64,000 nt of DNA from Ginglymostoma cirratum. Taxonomy: Eukaryota. Below are positions 46,901-61,244 of this stretch, in pieces. The notes below the pieces were generated by a model, which saw only the letters and a list, made by a program, of their open reading frames with translations, did no database searches and was not told the DNA's origin. Both the position numbers and the translations under genes were made by a program. The stretch lies in assembly GCA_024137785.1 (NCBI GenBank), contig JAHRHZ010000031.1, positions 3,829,725 through 3,893,724 on the forward strand, written 5' to 3'. Every line of letters begins with the position of its first letter. Positions within the stretch are counted from its first letter, which is position 1.

Positions 46901-48194
46901 TGCATAGTTTGGGAGAAGTTTCCAAATTCCCGTCTGAAGCTCCAACTTACAATGGTACTTTCTCACCAGTTGTCAGCATTTCAAGAGCTATCTTTAATAT
47001 AGCAGAGCAAACCAGGTATTCCTGCAGACTGAGGAGAATGTAATTCCATACATTAAATATTTCTGAAAATAATTGTCCAGCAGAGAATTGATCGGGAACA
47101 GATTCCATCTGTTTCACAAGTGGATGTATACAAAATAAGTTCGTCCAGAGCGAAAAGTAAAACCTGGCAGGAAGTGCAGTGTTATTACTTTATGTATCAT
47201 TAGTTTTTTGTTTCATCCTTTTTTAATTGACCCTGTATGTAATTGAAGATTTTAAATAGTGCAACTTAGTTATAAATTAGACAAGGGACTACAGTAGCTT
47301 ACTGAATTCCTGAATAAAAATTTGTTACAATTGTCAAAAGCTTTTAGTACCTGTGATATTATTTTTAAGGGATTTGTGTGGTAACTTTGCTTGCCTGTTT
47401 TCGGAACAAGACAATACTTCCTACTCTTGATGTATATGGGTGTCCTATTCCAATGAAGATATGATAAAACACTTCTCAATAAGAACCATTCCAATGATTT
47501 GATCGTGATATCCTTGTTTGTAGGTTGGGACTGCAGTGTTAACATCAGAGGTCTCTTTCTTATGTAGTTGTCATTCAGTTAGTGAGATTACTGAGGTTGA
47601 ATGCCCCAAAAGTATTAAAAATATAATGTTATTTCCATTTCAACAAGGTTTTCAGTGTTTGGAAAACTTTTTAAATGAATTGTCTTGATCTCTGATTGTA
47701 TCACCTCATTCAACATGGTGTAACTTTCTGAAGGGTTTTTACAGTGAAAGTAATAGCATAAAAGGCCAAGTTCTCAATAGTTCAGTGATTCCCAATAGAA
47801 TGCAATGTTTTGGTAAATCGTAGAATCAATGACTTCTGGATTTTCTCAATTAACTGCACTTCTGGGAACTCCAGAAGATCTTCTTAGTTTCACAGGGCCA
47901 ACGATGATGAAAGCTGACTGTTTAACCATTATTGCAAATACAAATCTTGTGCCAACATGTCAAACAGGTAAGAGGTGCCTAGGAAATAAATGATTCAATG
48001 TGCATTACATGTGTCTGCTTGTTGGCATCACTGTGGCAGAAACTGCATGTGGCAAAAACCATTAGAATATTGAATGAATTAAAAAAAATGGATATCCTTA
48101 TCCTGGCAAGACAGCAGTGTGTGATATCTGGTAATTTTGCAGAGTTTCTCGTGGGCTGACTAATTTAGGAAAATGTATTTCTAACCCCTTAATG

Positions 48195-48315
48195 GTGGTT
48201 CTGGAGAAGGTTCACTGGACCGAAAACATTCTGTCCACAGATGCTGCCAGGCCTGCTGAGTTCCTCCAGCAATTTCTGATTTTGTTTCTGATTTCCAGCC
48301 TCTGCAGTTCTTTGG
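48195..48315 (+). repeat. Penelope-derived short repeat
   Basis: GTTCTGGAGAAGGTTCACTGGACCGAAAAC...ACAGATGCTGCCAGGCCTGCTGAGTTCCTCCAGCA. Confidence 0.7.
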
Positions 48316-49927
48316 TTATTATTACCCCTAGTGGTAGTATCTGTATCCAATGTTTAGGATGTGCTTGCAATTTTTAGAGAAGTCATGTTGAGAAAGTAGT
48401 AGAATATGTCATTGTAAGTACTGTTATGAAACTGGTGTTCATTGTCTTTTAACTACGTGGCCATTTTCTTTCATGAGCTGAGAAACAACAGCTAAAGTGT
48501 AAACACTAACTGAATAATCATTTTGAAAATCTTCAGTCAATCCAATACTTTTGAAAATGAGGCTACTTTTCTGATGAAACCCGTTTGTTCTATAGCTTGG
48601 AATTTAAATATAGGAGTCTTGTTCTTTTAAGATTGAGTATGGAGTCAGAGGAACATATGGTCAGAGGTGTGTCATGATTTTTAATCCAATTCCGTTCATC
48701 TCAGCTCTTTTGTATTCATATATACAAATAAATGCATATTTGTATGTGTACATACAGATAGATATACCCGCATTCCTATATGTAGGTATATGAATACCTG
48801 CATATTCATGTGTGAGTAAGACGCCAAATGTTATGGGCTTGTTAATGTTCTGCCCCTGCTGAGACCTATCAGGCTCCAACTTCTGGGCACCATATTTATT
48901 AATTAAAAGTCACATCTTACAGCAACTGCTGAAGGAAAATTAAACTAGTTTGCTTCAAGCCTAAACTAGGTTTTGCTGCAGAGAACAGACATATTCCCTG
49001 AAATGGTGGAGATGTGATGACTTCTCAATCTTGTTCACAGCTTTTTGTTTCTTCACCTTTCCTTTGATTCTTTCGTTCTCCACATTCCCCATTTAGATAA
49101 TTCTTTTCCCACTGTAAAGGGTGTTGTCCTTTCATCTAGTGACCCCTATGCCCTTCTTCAATCTCCCCTGTGCCTATTGGCCCTTTTCACTATCTCCTTC
49201 GATAATCCTGTTCTTAAATCCCACTCTGATCCAGATCTCAAAGCCTAGCCTTAGCCTAATAGCACTACAGTTTCATCTGTTTTTCCTCAAAGTTGCCAGC
49301 ACACATTATTAATTCTATTGTTTTCCCTACCCTTAATGTGCTGTTTACATCCTTTCTTGTCGCACTTGCTCTTAGCACTGAAGCATTCCCTTCTGCATCC
49401 CAGTTTACTCTCTCCAATCCCAAGATCCTTCTAGTGCCCCAAACAACCATGTCCTTCAAATCTCATTCCCCACCAGCCCTTTCAACCCTTTCTACGAACC
49501 TTTCTATGAACCTTTTTCTGTTAGCCATATTTTAAATAGAGCAGCCTTTCTATTTTCGATCCCCTTTCAGTTGAGCCCTGCTTTTTTTGCTTGCCTCATA
49601 ATAGCCAATGTTGCTGCCTCACTTGGCCAGGCTAGTGGGCTCAATTAGTCTTCATCCCTTACACTGTAAGCATTAAAGGACTACAAGCAAGGCTGGAAAT
49701 GATTAGGAATTCTCATGAGGTGGTTGTTCTAGCAAGGCTTCTCCTCTTGCTCTAAAAGTATTTACACAATAATATAACTTGGTAAAGAAGGTACTGAGTA
49801 GTGGAAGAAGGTTGTATTCACCACAACTTTGAGTAAGCAGTCTTGCCCTTCAGATACATAGCTTGGGTTTGGGACCCATTTTTGGCAGTCAAGACCGTAT
49901 CTGTAATTGTGTTTCTAGCAGGCTGAG

Positions 49928-50425
49928 ATAGAAACATAGAAGATAGGAGCAGGAGGAGGCCATTCAGCCCTTCAAACCTGCTCCACCATTCACCATGATG
50001 ATGGCTAATCGTCCAACTCAATAGCCTAACCCTGTTCTCTCCCTATAACCTTTGTATCCCATTCGCCCCATGTGCTATATCTAGCCACCTCTTGTTTTGG
50101 CATCAAATACTTCCTGTGGTAATGAATTCCACAGGCTCACCACTCTTTGGGTGAAGAAATGTCTCCTCATCTCTGTCCTAAATGGTCTACCCCAAATGCT
50201 CAGATGGTGACCACTGGTTTGGACACACCCACTATTGGGAACATCCTCCCTGCATCTACCCTGTCTAGTCATGTTAGAATTTTATTGGTCTCTGTGGGAA
50301 CCCCCCTCATTCATCTGAGTTCCAGCTAAAACAATCCTAACCTAGTCTATCTCTCCTTATACATCAGTTCTACCATCCTTGGAATCAGCCTAGTAAACCT
50401 TCACTGCACTCCATTGAGAGCAAGA
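49928..50425 (-). mobile_element. CR1 LINE 3' end
   Basis: ORF 50081..50272 GRPFRTEMRRHFFTQRVVSLWNSLPQEV, with tail (TTCTATG)n at 49928. Confidence 0.9.
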
Positions 50426-50589
50426 GCTATTTGTATGATGATAATGAATGCAAAAGAAGCTCTTGACAATGAAAGTTGAAAAAGCTACCTACCTGAAATG
50501 TTTTGAGAAATTGGTGGCAAAACATTAAGTTGTCATTGGGAAACTGCATTTTTGCCTTCTGTCCAACTGAATTGCCCTACCCATGCTTC

Positions 50590-51365
50590 TGAAAGCTCTG
50601 TGCAGGCCCATGCCTAATTGCAACAAAATCTGGACAATATTCAGGCTTGTGCTGAAAATTGGTGAGTAACATTCATGCCATACAAATGCCAGGCACTGAT
50701 CATCTCAAACAAGAGAGAATCTAACCATTGTCCCTTGACATGCAATCATTTTGCTGTCACTGAATATCCCACTATCAATATTTTGAGGATTATCATTCAC
50801 CAAAACCTGAAGTGGATTCACCATATAAATACAGTGGTGATGAGTGCAGGTTGGAGGCTAGGAATACTGCAGTAAATAACTCACCTCCTGACTCCCCAGT
50901 GCCTGTACACCATCCACAAGACACAATTCAGGAGTGTCAGGAAATACTTTACCCTTGCCTGGATGAGTGCAACTCCAACAACATCAAGAAGCTTTGCACC
51001 AACCAGGACAAAGCAGCCTACTTAATTGGAACTGCATCCCCAAATATCCATTCCATCCATCACCATTACTCAGTGGAAGCAGTGTATACCAGATACAAGA
51101 TGTGCTGCAGAAATGCACCCAAGATCCTTAAAAAGCACTTTCCAAACCCATGACCATTTCCATCTAGAAGGGCAAGAGAAGTAGGGATCACCACCTGCAA
51201 ATTTCCCTCCTAGCACCCACCATCCTGACTTGAAAATATATTGCTGTTCTGTTCAGTGTTGCTGAGTCAAAATCTTGGAACTCCCTCCCTAGTGGCATGG
51301 TGGGTCTCCTGACAGCACACAGACTGCAGAGTTCAAGAAGGTAACTCACCTCCTCCTTCTCAGAT
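50590..51365 (+). mobile_element. CR1/L2-superclade LINE ORF2 3' portion
   Basis: Remnants MPYKCQALIISNKRES...INILRIIIHQNLKWIHHINTV...AGWRLGILQ and QDKAAYLIG, with a WNSLP-like end. Confidence 0.7.
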
Positions 51366-53034
51366 TGAAAGGGAGGAGATTGCGTCTAAGACTTAAAGAA
51401 AGATAACTAATTAAATTTAAACCAAATAAGGGCAACTATATGGGCATGAAAACTGAGGTAGCTGAAGTCAACTGGGATACTCATCTAGGAGATAGATTAA
51501 TAGTGATACAGTGGCATGATTTTAAGAATACTCAGAGTAAATATATTTCTACTACAAAGATAAATTCTGAACAGAGCACCCACCATCTGTATTTAACTAA
51601 AAAAGTTAAGGAAAATATCAAACTTAAGGAAAAATTAATTAATGTACAAAGCTGAGTAGCAGCTCAGATGATTTATTACAATATAATGTGTGGCAAAAAT
51701 GACTGAAATGTAAAAATGAATATCAAACATTTAAAAAAAATAAGAAAAGTCAGTGATGGTCCTCGAGAGAGTGAGAATATTAATAGCAGATAATAAGGAA
51801 ATGGTGGATGAAATCAATAAATGTTTTGATTCTGTCTTCACTATAAAGGATATTCCATTAATAGCTGTTAATTTAGTGGTTGAAGGGACAGAGAAAATTG
51901 GAAAAATTACAACCATAAGGAAAGTGGTACTAAGCACCTGATAGAATTGTGGCCTGACAAGTCTCCAGGTCCAGAGAAACTTCATTCTAGAATTTTATTA
52001 AAGGTAAATAAAGAGCTGGTAGATTTTTACATGTTAATTTTCCAAAACCCCTTTGATTTAGGAAAGGCTGTATCGGATTGGAAAGTGGCAAATTTTAACC
52101 CATCTATTCAAAAAGGGAGGGAGGCAGAAAATAGGAAGTTCTAGGCCAGTTAGCTTGACATCTATTGTGGGGAAGGTGTTCATAGAATCATAGAATCCCT
52201 ACAGTGTGGAAGCAGGCTATTCAGCCCATCAAATCCACACTGACCCTCTGAAGAGCATTCCACCCAGACCCAACCCCCTGTCCTATCCCTGTAACCTTGC
52301 ATTTCTCCCAGCTAATCCACCTAACGTACATATCCCTGAACACTATGGGTAATTTACCGTGGCTAATCCACCTAACCAACACAAAACTTGGACTTTGGGA
52401 GGAAACCAGTGCACCCCAGAGGAAACCCACGCAGATACGGGGGCAATGTGCAAACTTTACAGACAGTTGCCTGAGGGTGGAAGAGATACTTGGTCCCAGA
52501 CGCTGTGAAGCAACAGTGCTAAACACTGAGCCAACATGCTGCCTGGAATTGATCATTAAACAGGTTATAGCTGTACATGTAGAAAGAAATCTTAAAGTAA
52601 ACAGGAAGAGTCAGCATGATTTTGTGAAAGTGAAATCATGTTTAAACAATTTGATGGTTAAAGGGGAACCTATAGACATATTCTAGACATTATTTCCAGA
52701 AAGCATTTAGTGTAGTGCCACATCAAATGTTCTTGCCTAAAATAAAACCCATGGTGTATAACAAATGAGAATAGATGAAAGATTGGCTGGCTGGCAGAAA
52801 GCAGACAGTATGCATAGATGATTCTTTGTCTGATTTGCCGGATGTTACAAATGGAGTCCTGCCGGGGCCTGTGCTGGGACCTTAACTTTTACAATTTACA
52901 TCAATGACTTGAAGGAGGGCAATTAAGCCATGGTAGCTACATTCACAATCAATTTCATGTTAGATAAGAAAGTATGTTGTGAGGAAAACATAAGGCGGTT
53001 TCAGAAAGATGTAGATTGGTTGTTAGAGTGAGCA
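51365..53034 (+). mobile_element. CR1 LINE ORF2 (RT-containing) relic
   Basis: PDKSPGPEKLHSRIL, DWKVAN, RPVSLTSIVGK, SQHDFVKVKSCLNNL and GVLPGPVLGPxLFTIYINDL motifs, with frameshifts. Confidence 0.9.
52181..52543 (-). mobile_element. Near full-length V-SINE (HE1-like) inserted in CR1
   Basis: tRNA-like head GGCAGCATGTTGGCTCAGTGTTTAGCACTG (A box), V-domain, and tail GATTCTATGATTCTATG. Confidence 0.9.
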
Positions 53035-53585
53035 AATTTGATTTGATTTATTATTGTCACATGTACCAGGGTACAGTGAAAAGTTTTGTTTTGCATGCAG
53101 TACAGGCAGATCATACCATACAAAGTGCATAAGGCTAATAGAACAGAGAGAGCAATACAATGTTACGGTTGCAGAAAAGGTGCATGAAAAGCAATGTCAA
53201 CATTAAATTTGAAATTTGACAGGCCCATTCAGAAGTCTAATAACAGTGGGGGAGAAGCTGCTCTTGAATCTGTTGGTACATGTGTTTAAGCTTTTGTATC
53301 TTCTGCCCAACGGAAGAGGTTGGAAGAGATTATAACCAGGGTGGAAGGGGTCTTTGAATATGCTGGCTACCTTTCTGAGACAGCGGAGAGTATAGATGGA
53401 GTCAATGGATGGAAGGTTGGCTTGCATGATGGACCGAACTGTGTTCACAACCCTCTGTAGTTTCTTAGGCAGAGCGATTGCTGTACCAATCTGTGATACA
53501 TCTGGATAGAATGCTTTCTACGATACACCTATAAAAATGGATAAGTATCTTTATTGACACACTGCATGTTCTTAGCCACTTAAGG
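53035..53585 (-). mobile_element. Rex1/Babar-type LINE 3' end
   Basis: ORF 53203..53448 LPSIDSIYTLRCLRKVASIFKDPFHPGYNLFQPLPLGRRYKS...TNRFKSSFSPTVIRLLN, with tail (ATCAA)n. Confidence 0.75.
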
Positions 53586-54664
53586 TAAGTGTGTGCTCCC
53601 GTTGGGGTCCTGGGTACGGGCCACTGCCATGGGCAGTCCGGGGTGGGGGTTTCTTGGAGTCAGTTTTGTTGAGCTTCGACATTGCTTGGTTGCCTAAAGG
53701 TCTGCTGTCGTTCCTGGGCTGGTCAGGCCTCTTGGGGTCGGGGCGGGTCTCCTCGGAGTCAGGTCACTGTGGGGTCAGGTATTGTTTCTGGGTTGGTCAG
53801 TCCTCAGTTCAGGTTTCTTTGAGGTCAGGAAGGTTGGGCCTGTGGGAAGCCGATAAATCTGCTGTAGGCTTGTGGATCCAGCATAGGTAATTGGGCCTGG
53901 ACAATCGTAGTATCTTCAGACCTGCAAGTAGATTTAAAAGTATATTGTTAGTAATTTTATTAGAAGAATTGAAGTTTAAAAGAACAGAGCAATTGTAAGA
54001 TATGTAAGAATATGATCTGCTGTAGAGAACTCGTAAAGTGTCAGCATGCATCAGTGACATCTTGACCTTCTGATAGCTAGAGAGAAATTCCAAAAGGATC
54101 TTGCTTTGAATTTTATGAAATATATTAACCAGTGTAATAGTCTTATATTTATTGCCCTTTTTTTTTGCTTACTTCCCAGTATCTACTATTTTGCAACCAT
54201 AAAGTGAAGGGGTGATTGGAGAGATTTTCCTTTGTATGACTTCTGCTGGCAGGGATAATGAATTTTGGTGTGCTACGCTTGAGAGGAAGTAACTATTCCT
54301 GTTTCTCCTCACACTGCTCACTGGTTTGGCCAAAGAGAAAGCCATAGGCCTGTGGACTTGATCTGGTCATCCACTTTGCTTTGAGTGAAATGAGTCCCAC
54401 TGCAAGGCTGAACTAGAAAAAGAAGTTCTCAGAGTTGAAAGAAGTGTTTACTTGTTCCTACCCTATGGAAAAATCTTCAGGATTTGCTTTCAACAAAACT
54501 CTGGTAAGAGGACTTTCTGAAATTATTGGTGAACTTTTAACACAATGGTCCAGACAGGTAACAAACTACTTGTTACTCATGTTCATACCTCCTCTGCTAA
54601 AGACTTATTCATCGTTAATCCTTCACCATTTAACACTGGGAAGTTTGAAGACTAATATTTCAGG

Positions 54665-54770
54665 AACTAAAGTTCTGAAGAAAAGTCATATTGGACTCAG
54701 AACATTAAATCTGTATGTCCACAGATGCTGCCAGACCTGCTGAGATTCTCCAACATGTTCTCTTTTCTCT
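54665..54770 (+). repeat. Penelope-derived short repeat with degenerate hammerhead
   Basis: GTTCTGAAGAAAAGTCATATTGGACTCAGAACATT...CACAGATGCTGCCAGACCTGCTGAG. Confidence 0.65.
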
Positions 54771-57700
54771 TTATAATATCATACCCATGTTGCCACTGTC
54801 TCTTTTACTCCGTAACTTCAACTTTGCCAGCAAGTATTTTATGTGGCACTTTATCCAAAGCCTTTTGAAAGTCAAAACACAAATCAACCACATTATTCTT
54901 GTCAGCTCTTTTGGTCATCTCATCAAATATCTCAAAAATGATTTGTCTTGAGCAAATTTCTGAATTAATCTGGACTTGTCCCATCCACTATTAATTTTTG
55001 TCCCAAGTCAAATGTCAGTTTTGAAATTTGCTGAATTATAAGTACTGTCCTCAAAGGAACAACAACAATGCAACTGGATAATTTCAAGTGATGTAAATCA
55101 CATGACGTGACCAACCATGTATATGAAGACATCCTCATTTACATGCACCTTGTTATGACACCATTTTATGGTCCTTTCAGTTCCTGTGCAAATAACATCT
55201 TATTTTACAAATCAGAGCGATAAATAGTGTTGGCTGTCCTTTAGTCAGTTTCTACAAGTTTATGAACAAGTCCACAACAGTTGCAAATTGCAAGTTAGAA
55301 AAATCTGACATGAAACAAGTTAACAACTTGTTATTTGTGTACAACTGCAGATATATGGATAGATAGGAAATGTCAACTAAATGAAATATTGGGCAAAAAT
55401 AACGAGCAATAAAATGAGAAAAAATATTTTACAAAATAGGACAGTTAGACAGCAGGAGTTTTCAATCTTGATAAATGTGTCCTGTGGATTGTAAATACAA
55501 AACAGTATATCATAAATGCATAATTACCTGAAGGTCAGATGCTAATTTATTATCTCATTCAATCAGTCTTTTTCACTCTATAAAAATTCAGACCTGTAAA
55601 TCAATGCAATGTCTTGTTCTGTTCAACTTCTCTTGGCAATGAATATTGACCAGAGGTGGTCAGTCCCAAAGGTATGACTTACTTATATCAAGATACATGT
55701 CCATTTTGAATCATTAAATGACATAGTTTTACAGTCATTTATAGCCTGCTGTGTTCTGAATCAGCATGTAGAAACAAATTCGTTACCACAGTGCCAAAGT
55801 ACTGTTAAAAGTCAACTGGTAGGTGATCTTGGAAAGCATGCTGATATGTTAGTCGCAATAGGCCAGTGGTCATCAGTGGATATGTCAGCATATCTAAATG
55901 AAACAGCATTATATACCTCTGCACAGGTGCCTTGTGCTATTAAATGTCAGGAAGACACATTACAGCTGACACTGTAAATTGCCTCAAGGACATTTTCACA
56001 GCATGATCTCTTGATATCTTCTGCATACAATGTGATCATGTGAGCAACATGACAACGGCCATACAAATCTGTGACAGTTTCCCTTGTAACCTTCTCCATA
56101 CAAGATGAACTCTGCAGCTGACAGTGAGGAAAACATTCAACCTGTGAGCAATGAGCAAAATTGTCCATTCAATGAGGTTGCACTTTCATTATGTCAGACT
56201 TTTATCATTGTGCTGAATCAAATTTAAAGTAAGGTAAAGATTTCATAAGCACAAACAGATAAATGTTTCAGTTCTTATCTGCAGTGCTTGAACAAAGGAA
56301 GAGCCATTAATTTGCAGTTGCATGAAAGGTTTGCACTGAGTTTGGAAGTGACTGAGAGTAGTTGTTTGATAATTATTGAACAACATGCCTAGCTGGTTTG
56401 CAATGGGCATAGCAAACATGGGTGAGAGCAAGTGTATGAGCCAATCAAATACTTACACAGGCCTTATTCAACTAATTGTCTGATGGATTAACCAGTTGCT
56501 GTGAGATCTATTGAACCCATACCTTTCCTTTATAAAATCTTGTTCAATCAGGGCAATTGACAGTAGAAAGTTAAACTGGGATGATTTGGCATCCTACATA
56601 TCGTATGTTTAGAGGTTAATACCAGTGTATCAGAAATCTCTTCAATCTAATCTCAGTGAACAATGTTATGAAATGCATGTGGTCATGCGTCAGTACTAAG
56701 TTTTGCATCTGCATGTGATGCTTTCCAATTGATCATAAATCTGAGTTCAATTCATACTTCCACATTTCTGAAATTTCTTCATCAAATGGGCACTTGGTGT
56801 TCTGAAAACAGGGTGAGCAGTAGCAGTGAGAGTGTCATGGCATAAGAGAATCTGGCAGTTCTTCCAGCTAGCTTTGCGAGTGAAGTTTTTTTTTGTGATA
56901 GAAAACACGAGAAACAGCGATTCATTGTCAAACATATGAAATAACTGGAACAAGAGGATTGAGAACCAAATTTAAGGATACATTTGGCTCCCGGCTCTCA
57001 AATTCCTAAGCAGGAGAATAAAAACAGCCCTTACCTTTGCAGCCAAAAGGAATAATACTTCGGGGCCACTGCAGAGATCAGACATAATTAACATGTACAA
57101 ATTGTGTTGTAGACAAGACCAAAATCCTCCTGAGGCATCAAAAGGAAACGTTTGCCAAATTCCAAATATTCAGAGACTTCAAATCACCTGACATTGGCAT
57201 CATTTTCTATGACAACCGTGCAGCCCTTAGGGAGATCAGGTGGTTCTCTTCTTCTGTTTAATGGTTATTTGAACAAAAAGTCACTAAAACATGAGATTAG
57301 AGACTTTTTACCCATCTCGTTTATCAAAGTTTTTCTCCTTGAAGAGAATTGTGTTCAGTGAAGAGTGCTCCTGCTGAAGGGAAAGGGAATTAATCTGAGA
57401 TTTAACTGGTGTATTGTAGACAGACTTTAAACAGTGGGGATAAATGCATTTGCTCTTCCAAAAATAATTTTTAAGGAAATAGTGTACTTAGATGAACAGT
57501 TATGATGTGGGCTAATGAAATAGATATTTATGCTTGAGAATGAATCTTGAGAACATTAACAAGGAAGAAAACGGACAACAGAAAGATTTTAAAGCTACGA
57601 TGTATTTGTAATTTTTAAAATTTATCTGACACCACCATATGAAATTAGAGGTGGCAAAATAGATTTGATATTATTCTATGAAATACTGGCCTATGGAATA

Positions 57701-60700
57701 ATGCTTGACTGAAATTCATTTGTTTTTATAACGCCTAGAATCATAGAGATCATACAACACAGAAAAAGGCCCTTTGGCCCATCCTATCTGTGCCGATACT
57801 TTCAAAGGCTTCCAGGTGAAGGAGAATTGCCCTGAGGAATCTTCAAATTCCCAGGCAATTCCCTCAGAGTCTGCATTATCAAGGATCATTGTGTAACTCC
57901 CATCGCCACTACAGAAACATTTATCTGGCCAGCAGAAAATCTGGGCCAAAGTGTCAACTGCAGAGGTCTAAAAATTGACTACAAAATCCCAAGAAGTTGA
58001 AATTAGCAAAATATGGAACTAAAACTATCAAAATTGTAGTCCATTTGAAATATGTTAATATATTACTCATGAAAAAAATCACCAATCACAATGATGTTTT
58101 CTTAAGCTGTCATATTAAATGGTTTTTCGTAAGAATGTATTAAGATAAAGCAATCTGAAAGATCTCTTTGAAATGCACCAAACTAATCTTGAGAAATAAT
58201 TAACTGAAACTCAGAAACTAAGATCAGTAGATATTGCTGAGGTGTAGCTCACCAGTTATAGGTTCAGAAGGTAAATAGAGAGATCCTGCACAGGTAGCTA
58301 TAACTAACCTACCCAGAGATAATTACATAGTAGATATCTCAGTCAGTTCCATCATTATATCACAGGACCCAAACACTCCCTCAAAGTCATGCAAACCCAA
58401 CTCATGGTCTGTTTAAGTTGGATCAATGACCAAATTCAGTTTTTGTTGTGAATTTGGCATATGTGATCTGCTGGGAATGACAAATTCCATTCTTATGCAG
58501 GCAACTATTTGGGATTTTAAAGAAGGAGCAATGAGATTTTGAATTCAATCCTTCTACCTGGACTAACTCTACATCACAGCCACAAGTATTTCCTTAATGT
58601 TTTAAACATGCCACTGCTTATAATCTGTTAAGATGTTTGCAGCAATAAATAATCTGTTTCACTTGGACTGAGTGTCATTTGTTGACCCTTCCTGTTGTTC
58701 TCTTCTTCACTGGTCTGTTTCCACACTATTTACGGCTTTTGGCATTTCGTGCCAATATGAATATTTGATGGCTTCAGACCTCAGGTTCTGCTTATAGCTC
58801 AGTTTATAAAGCCAAGGGATCTTCCAATAAACATGCAGCGTTCACGATCTAGAGGTTCTTTCTTTGGGGTCACTTCAGTAGATCATCTGCACAATCTGAG
58901 AGAACTGGGTTTTATTACATAAAGCAATCATTTTGTTTTCTCACTCCAGATCTGTCTTTAATCCAGCTGGATGTTCCTTGTGGAATGAACAAGGTATTGT
59001 GTCTTTTAAAACAGCATAATTGTGGGCTATCTGGATGGTGGACCATTGTACAAAGATTGACTGTAGGTTTGTTGAGGAAACACTCTAGTTTCAAATTTTT
59101 AAGGTCACACCAAAGTTACGGCAAGACTATCCAATAGCAGGTGTAGGTTGTTGTTGGACATGCCAACTCATAATACTGGTTGTTCCATAGCTACTGATGA
59201 AGGTTGCCTCCAGCATCTTCAAGTGAGGAAACTACAGGGCCTCCTGTAGTGTAGTGGAAGAAAGCCACTTCCTCACCTCACTAGAAGAATCTCTTGTAAT
59301 TAACAAGATATAGCATGGGGTAACAAGTTAAGATGGTTGATAGATGTTACCAAGACTTTGAGGAGGATCAGGTGTTTGGTCTCTCTTTTGAGATCCTCAG
59401 TTATTCTGCCCACAAGTTCAAATTACATCATCATAGTGGGTGGTGTTTGTGGCATGTCTCAGTATTAACCCTTCCAGACCCATATGCAATGTAGGTCCCA
59501 TTGTTTTAGAAGTCGTACTGAACAATACACCTCGCGCTAGAGGTGTATTAGCTGAGTGTATCTGATATGACCTGAGTTCAAGGTAAGCCAGACTTACTTC
59601 TTAAAAACATTTAGCTTGTGACACTTATTTTTCTACTAAATTGCCTGCTTTCCTCAGGAGACAAACAGTCCCTACAGTTCATTCTAATTAAATTGGTTCG
59701 CAATCTAGCAAGATATTTTGCTTGAGTTACAATGAGTTATGAAATGGGTTTTCCCTTGAGGTCTGAATTCTAAATGTGTTTGTTATCAAATGCAAAAAGT
59801 ATATTTGACTTTATTTGAAAATTAGATTCTGAATTGGTGGAAGGCTGATCTTAGAAGGAAAAGACATGATCTGGTAAGGTAGCTGGGAACAGTTACTTGG
59901 AGGAAAATACACATTACAGCAGTGGGTGACATTCAAAATGGTAACTATGAAAGTGCAGGGACAACATGACTTTGTAAAGGTGAAGGTTGGGACCAAAAAG
60001 TCCAGAAAACCCTGGATGTCAAGGGTGTACAGCATTGAGTAAGGCAAAAAAAAGGGAACTAATGCTACATACTAAAGACTCAAAACAGCAGAATGGCCTA
60101 GAGGAGTATAGAAAGTGCAAGAGATTGCTTAAAAAGGAAAATAGGAGACTGAAGAGGGAATAGGGAAAAACACTGGTGGATAATATTAAGGTAAACCCAA
60201 AGATGTTTCGTAAGTATATGTGGATAAGTGTGAGGCTATCCACTTTGGTAGCAAAATCAAGAAGACAGATTATTGTTTGAATGGCTGTAAACTGAGAGAG
60301 GGGAATGTTCAATGAGACCTGGGTATCCTAGTGCACCAGTTACTGAAAGTAAGTGTGCAAGTGTAGCAGGCAGTAAAGAAGTAAAATTGTATGTTGGCCT
60401 TCAGAACAAGAGCGTTTATGGACAGGAACAAGGATGTCTTGCTGCAATTATACAGGGCATTGGTGAGGCCACACCTTGAATATTGTTCTGGTCTCCTTTT
60501 CTGAGGAAGAATGTTCTTACTATAGAGGGAGTACAGTGAAAGTTTCCAGATTGATTGCTGGGATGGCAGGACTGACGTATGAGGAGAGATTGAATTGGTT
60601 AGGATTGTATTCACTGGAATTTAGAAGAATAAGGAGGAAATCTCTTAGAAACCTGTAAAATTCTATGGAGTGTCAGAGGCTGAGGAGTGACCTCATACTG

Positions 60701-61244
60701 GTTTATAAAATCATGAGGGGCATGGATCGGGTGAATAGTCAAGGTTTTTTCCTCAGGGTGGGGGAGTCCAAAACTAGAAGGCATAGGTTTAAGGTGAGAG
60801 GAGAAAGATTTAAAAGTGACCTGAGGGGCAACTTTTTTCACATAGAAAGTGGTGTGTGTATGGAATGAGCTACCAGAAGATCTTGTGCAGATGAGCACAA
60901 TTAACATATTTAAAAGGCATTTGGATGGGTACATGAATCGGAAGGGTTTTGAGAGATGTGGGCCAAATGCTGGCAAATGGGAATAGATCAGTTTAAGATA
61001 TCTCAACGGTGTTGGAAGTTGGACAGAAGGGTCTGTTTCCATGCTGTGTAGCTTTATGACTCGCTGACACTTTGGGTAGACAAGTTAGATGCAAGAAGGA
61101 TGCTCCTGAAGGTGGGGCATCCAGAACCAGGCGTCATACTTTAAAGATGAAAGGATAAACTCTTTAGAACTGAGATGAGGAGAAATTTCTTCACCCAGAG
61201 AGTGGTGAATTCACTACCACAGAAAGTGGTGGAGGCCAAAACAT

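Noticed and set aside
52480-52543. tRNA-like sequence with an A box
   Set aside because: It is the SINE head with a degraded B box and no cloverleaf, so not a tRNA gene.
55900-56650. Faint hAT-transposase-like fragments (CHVAHMI; FLLSIALIEQDF) on the minus strand
   Set aside because: The motifs are weak, in the wrong order for a hAT transposase and full of stops. Not supportable by eye.
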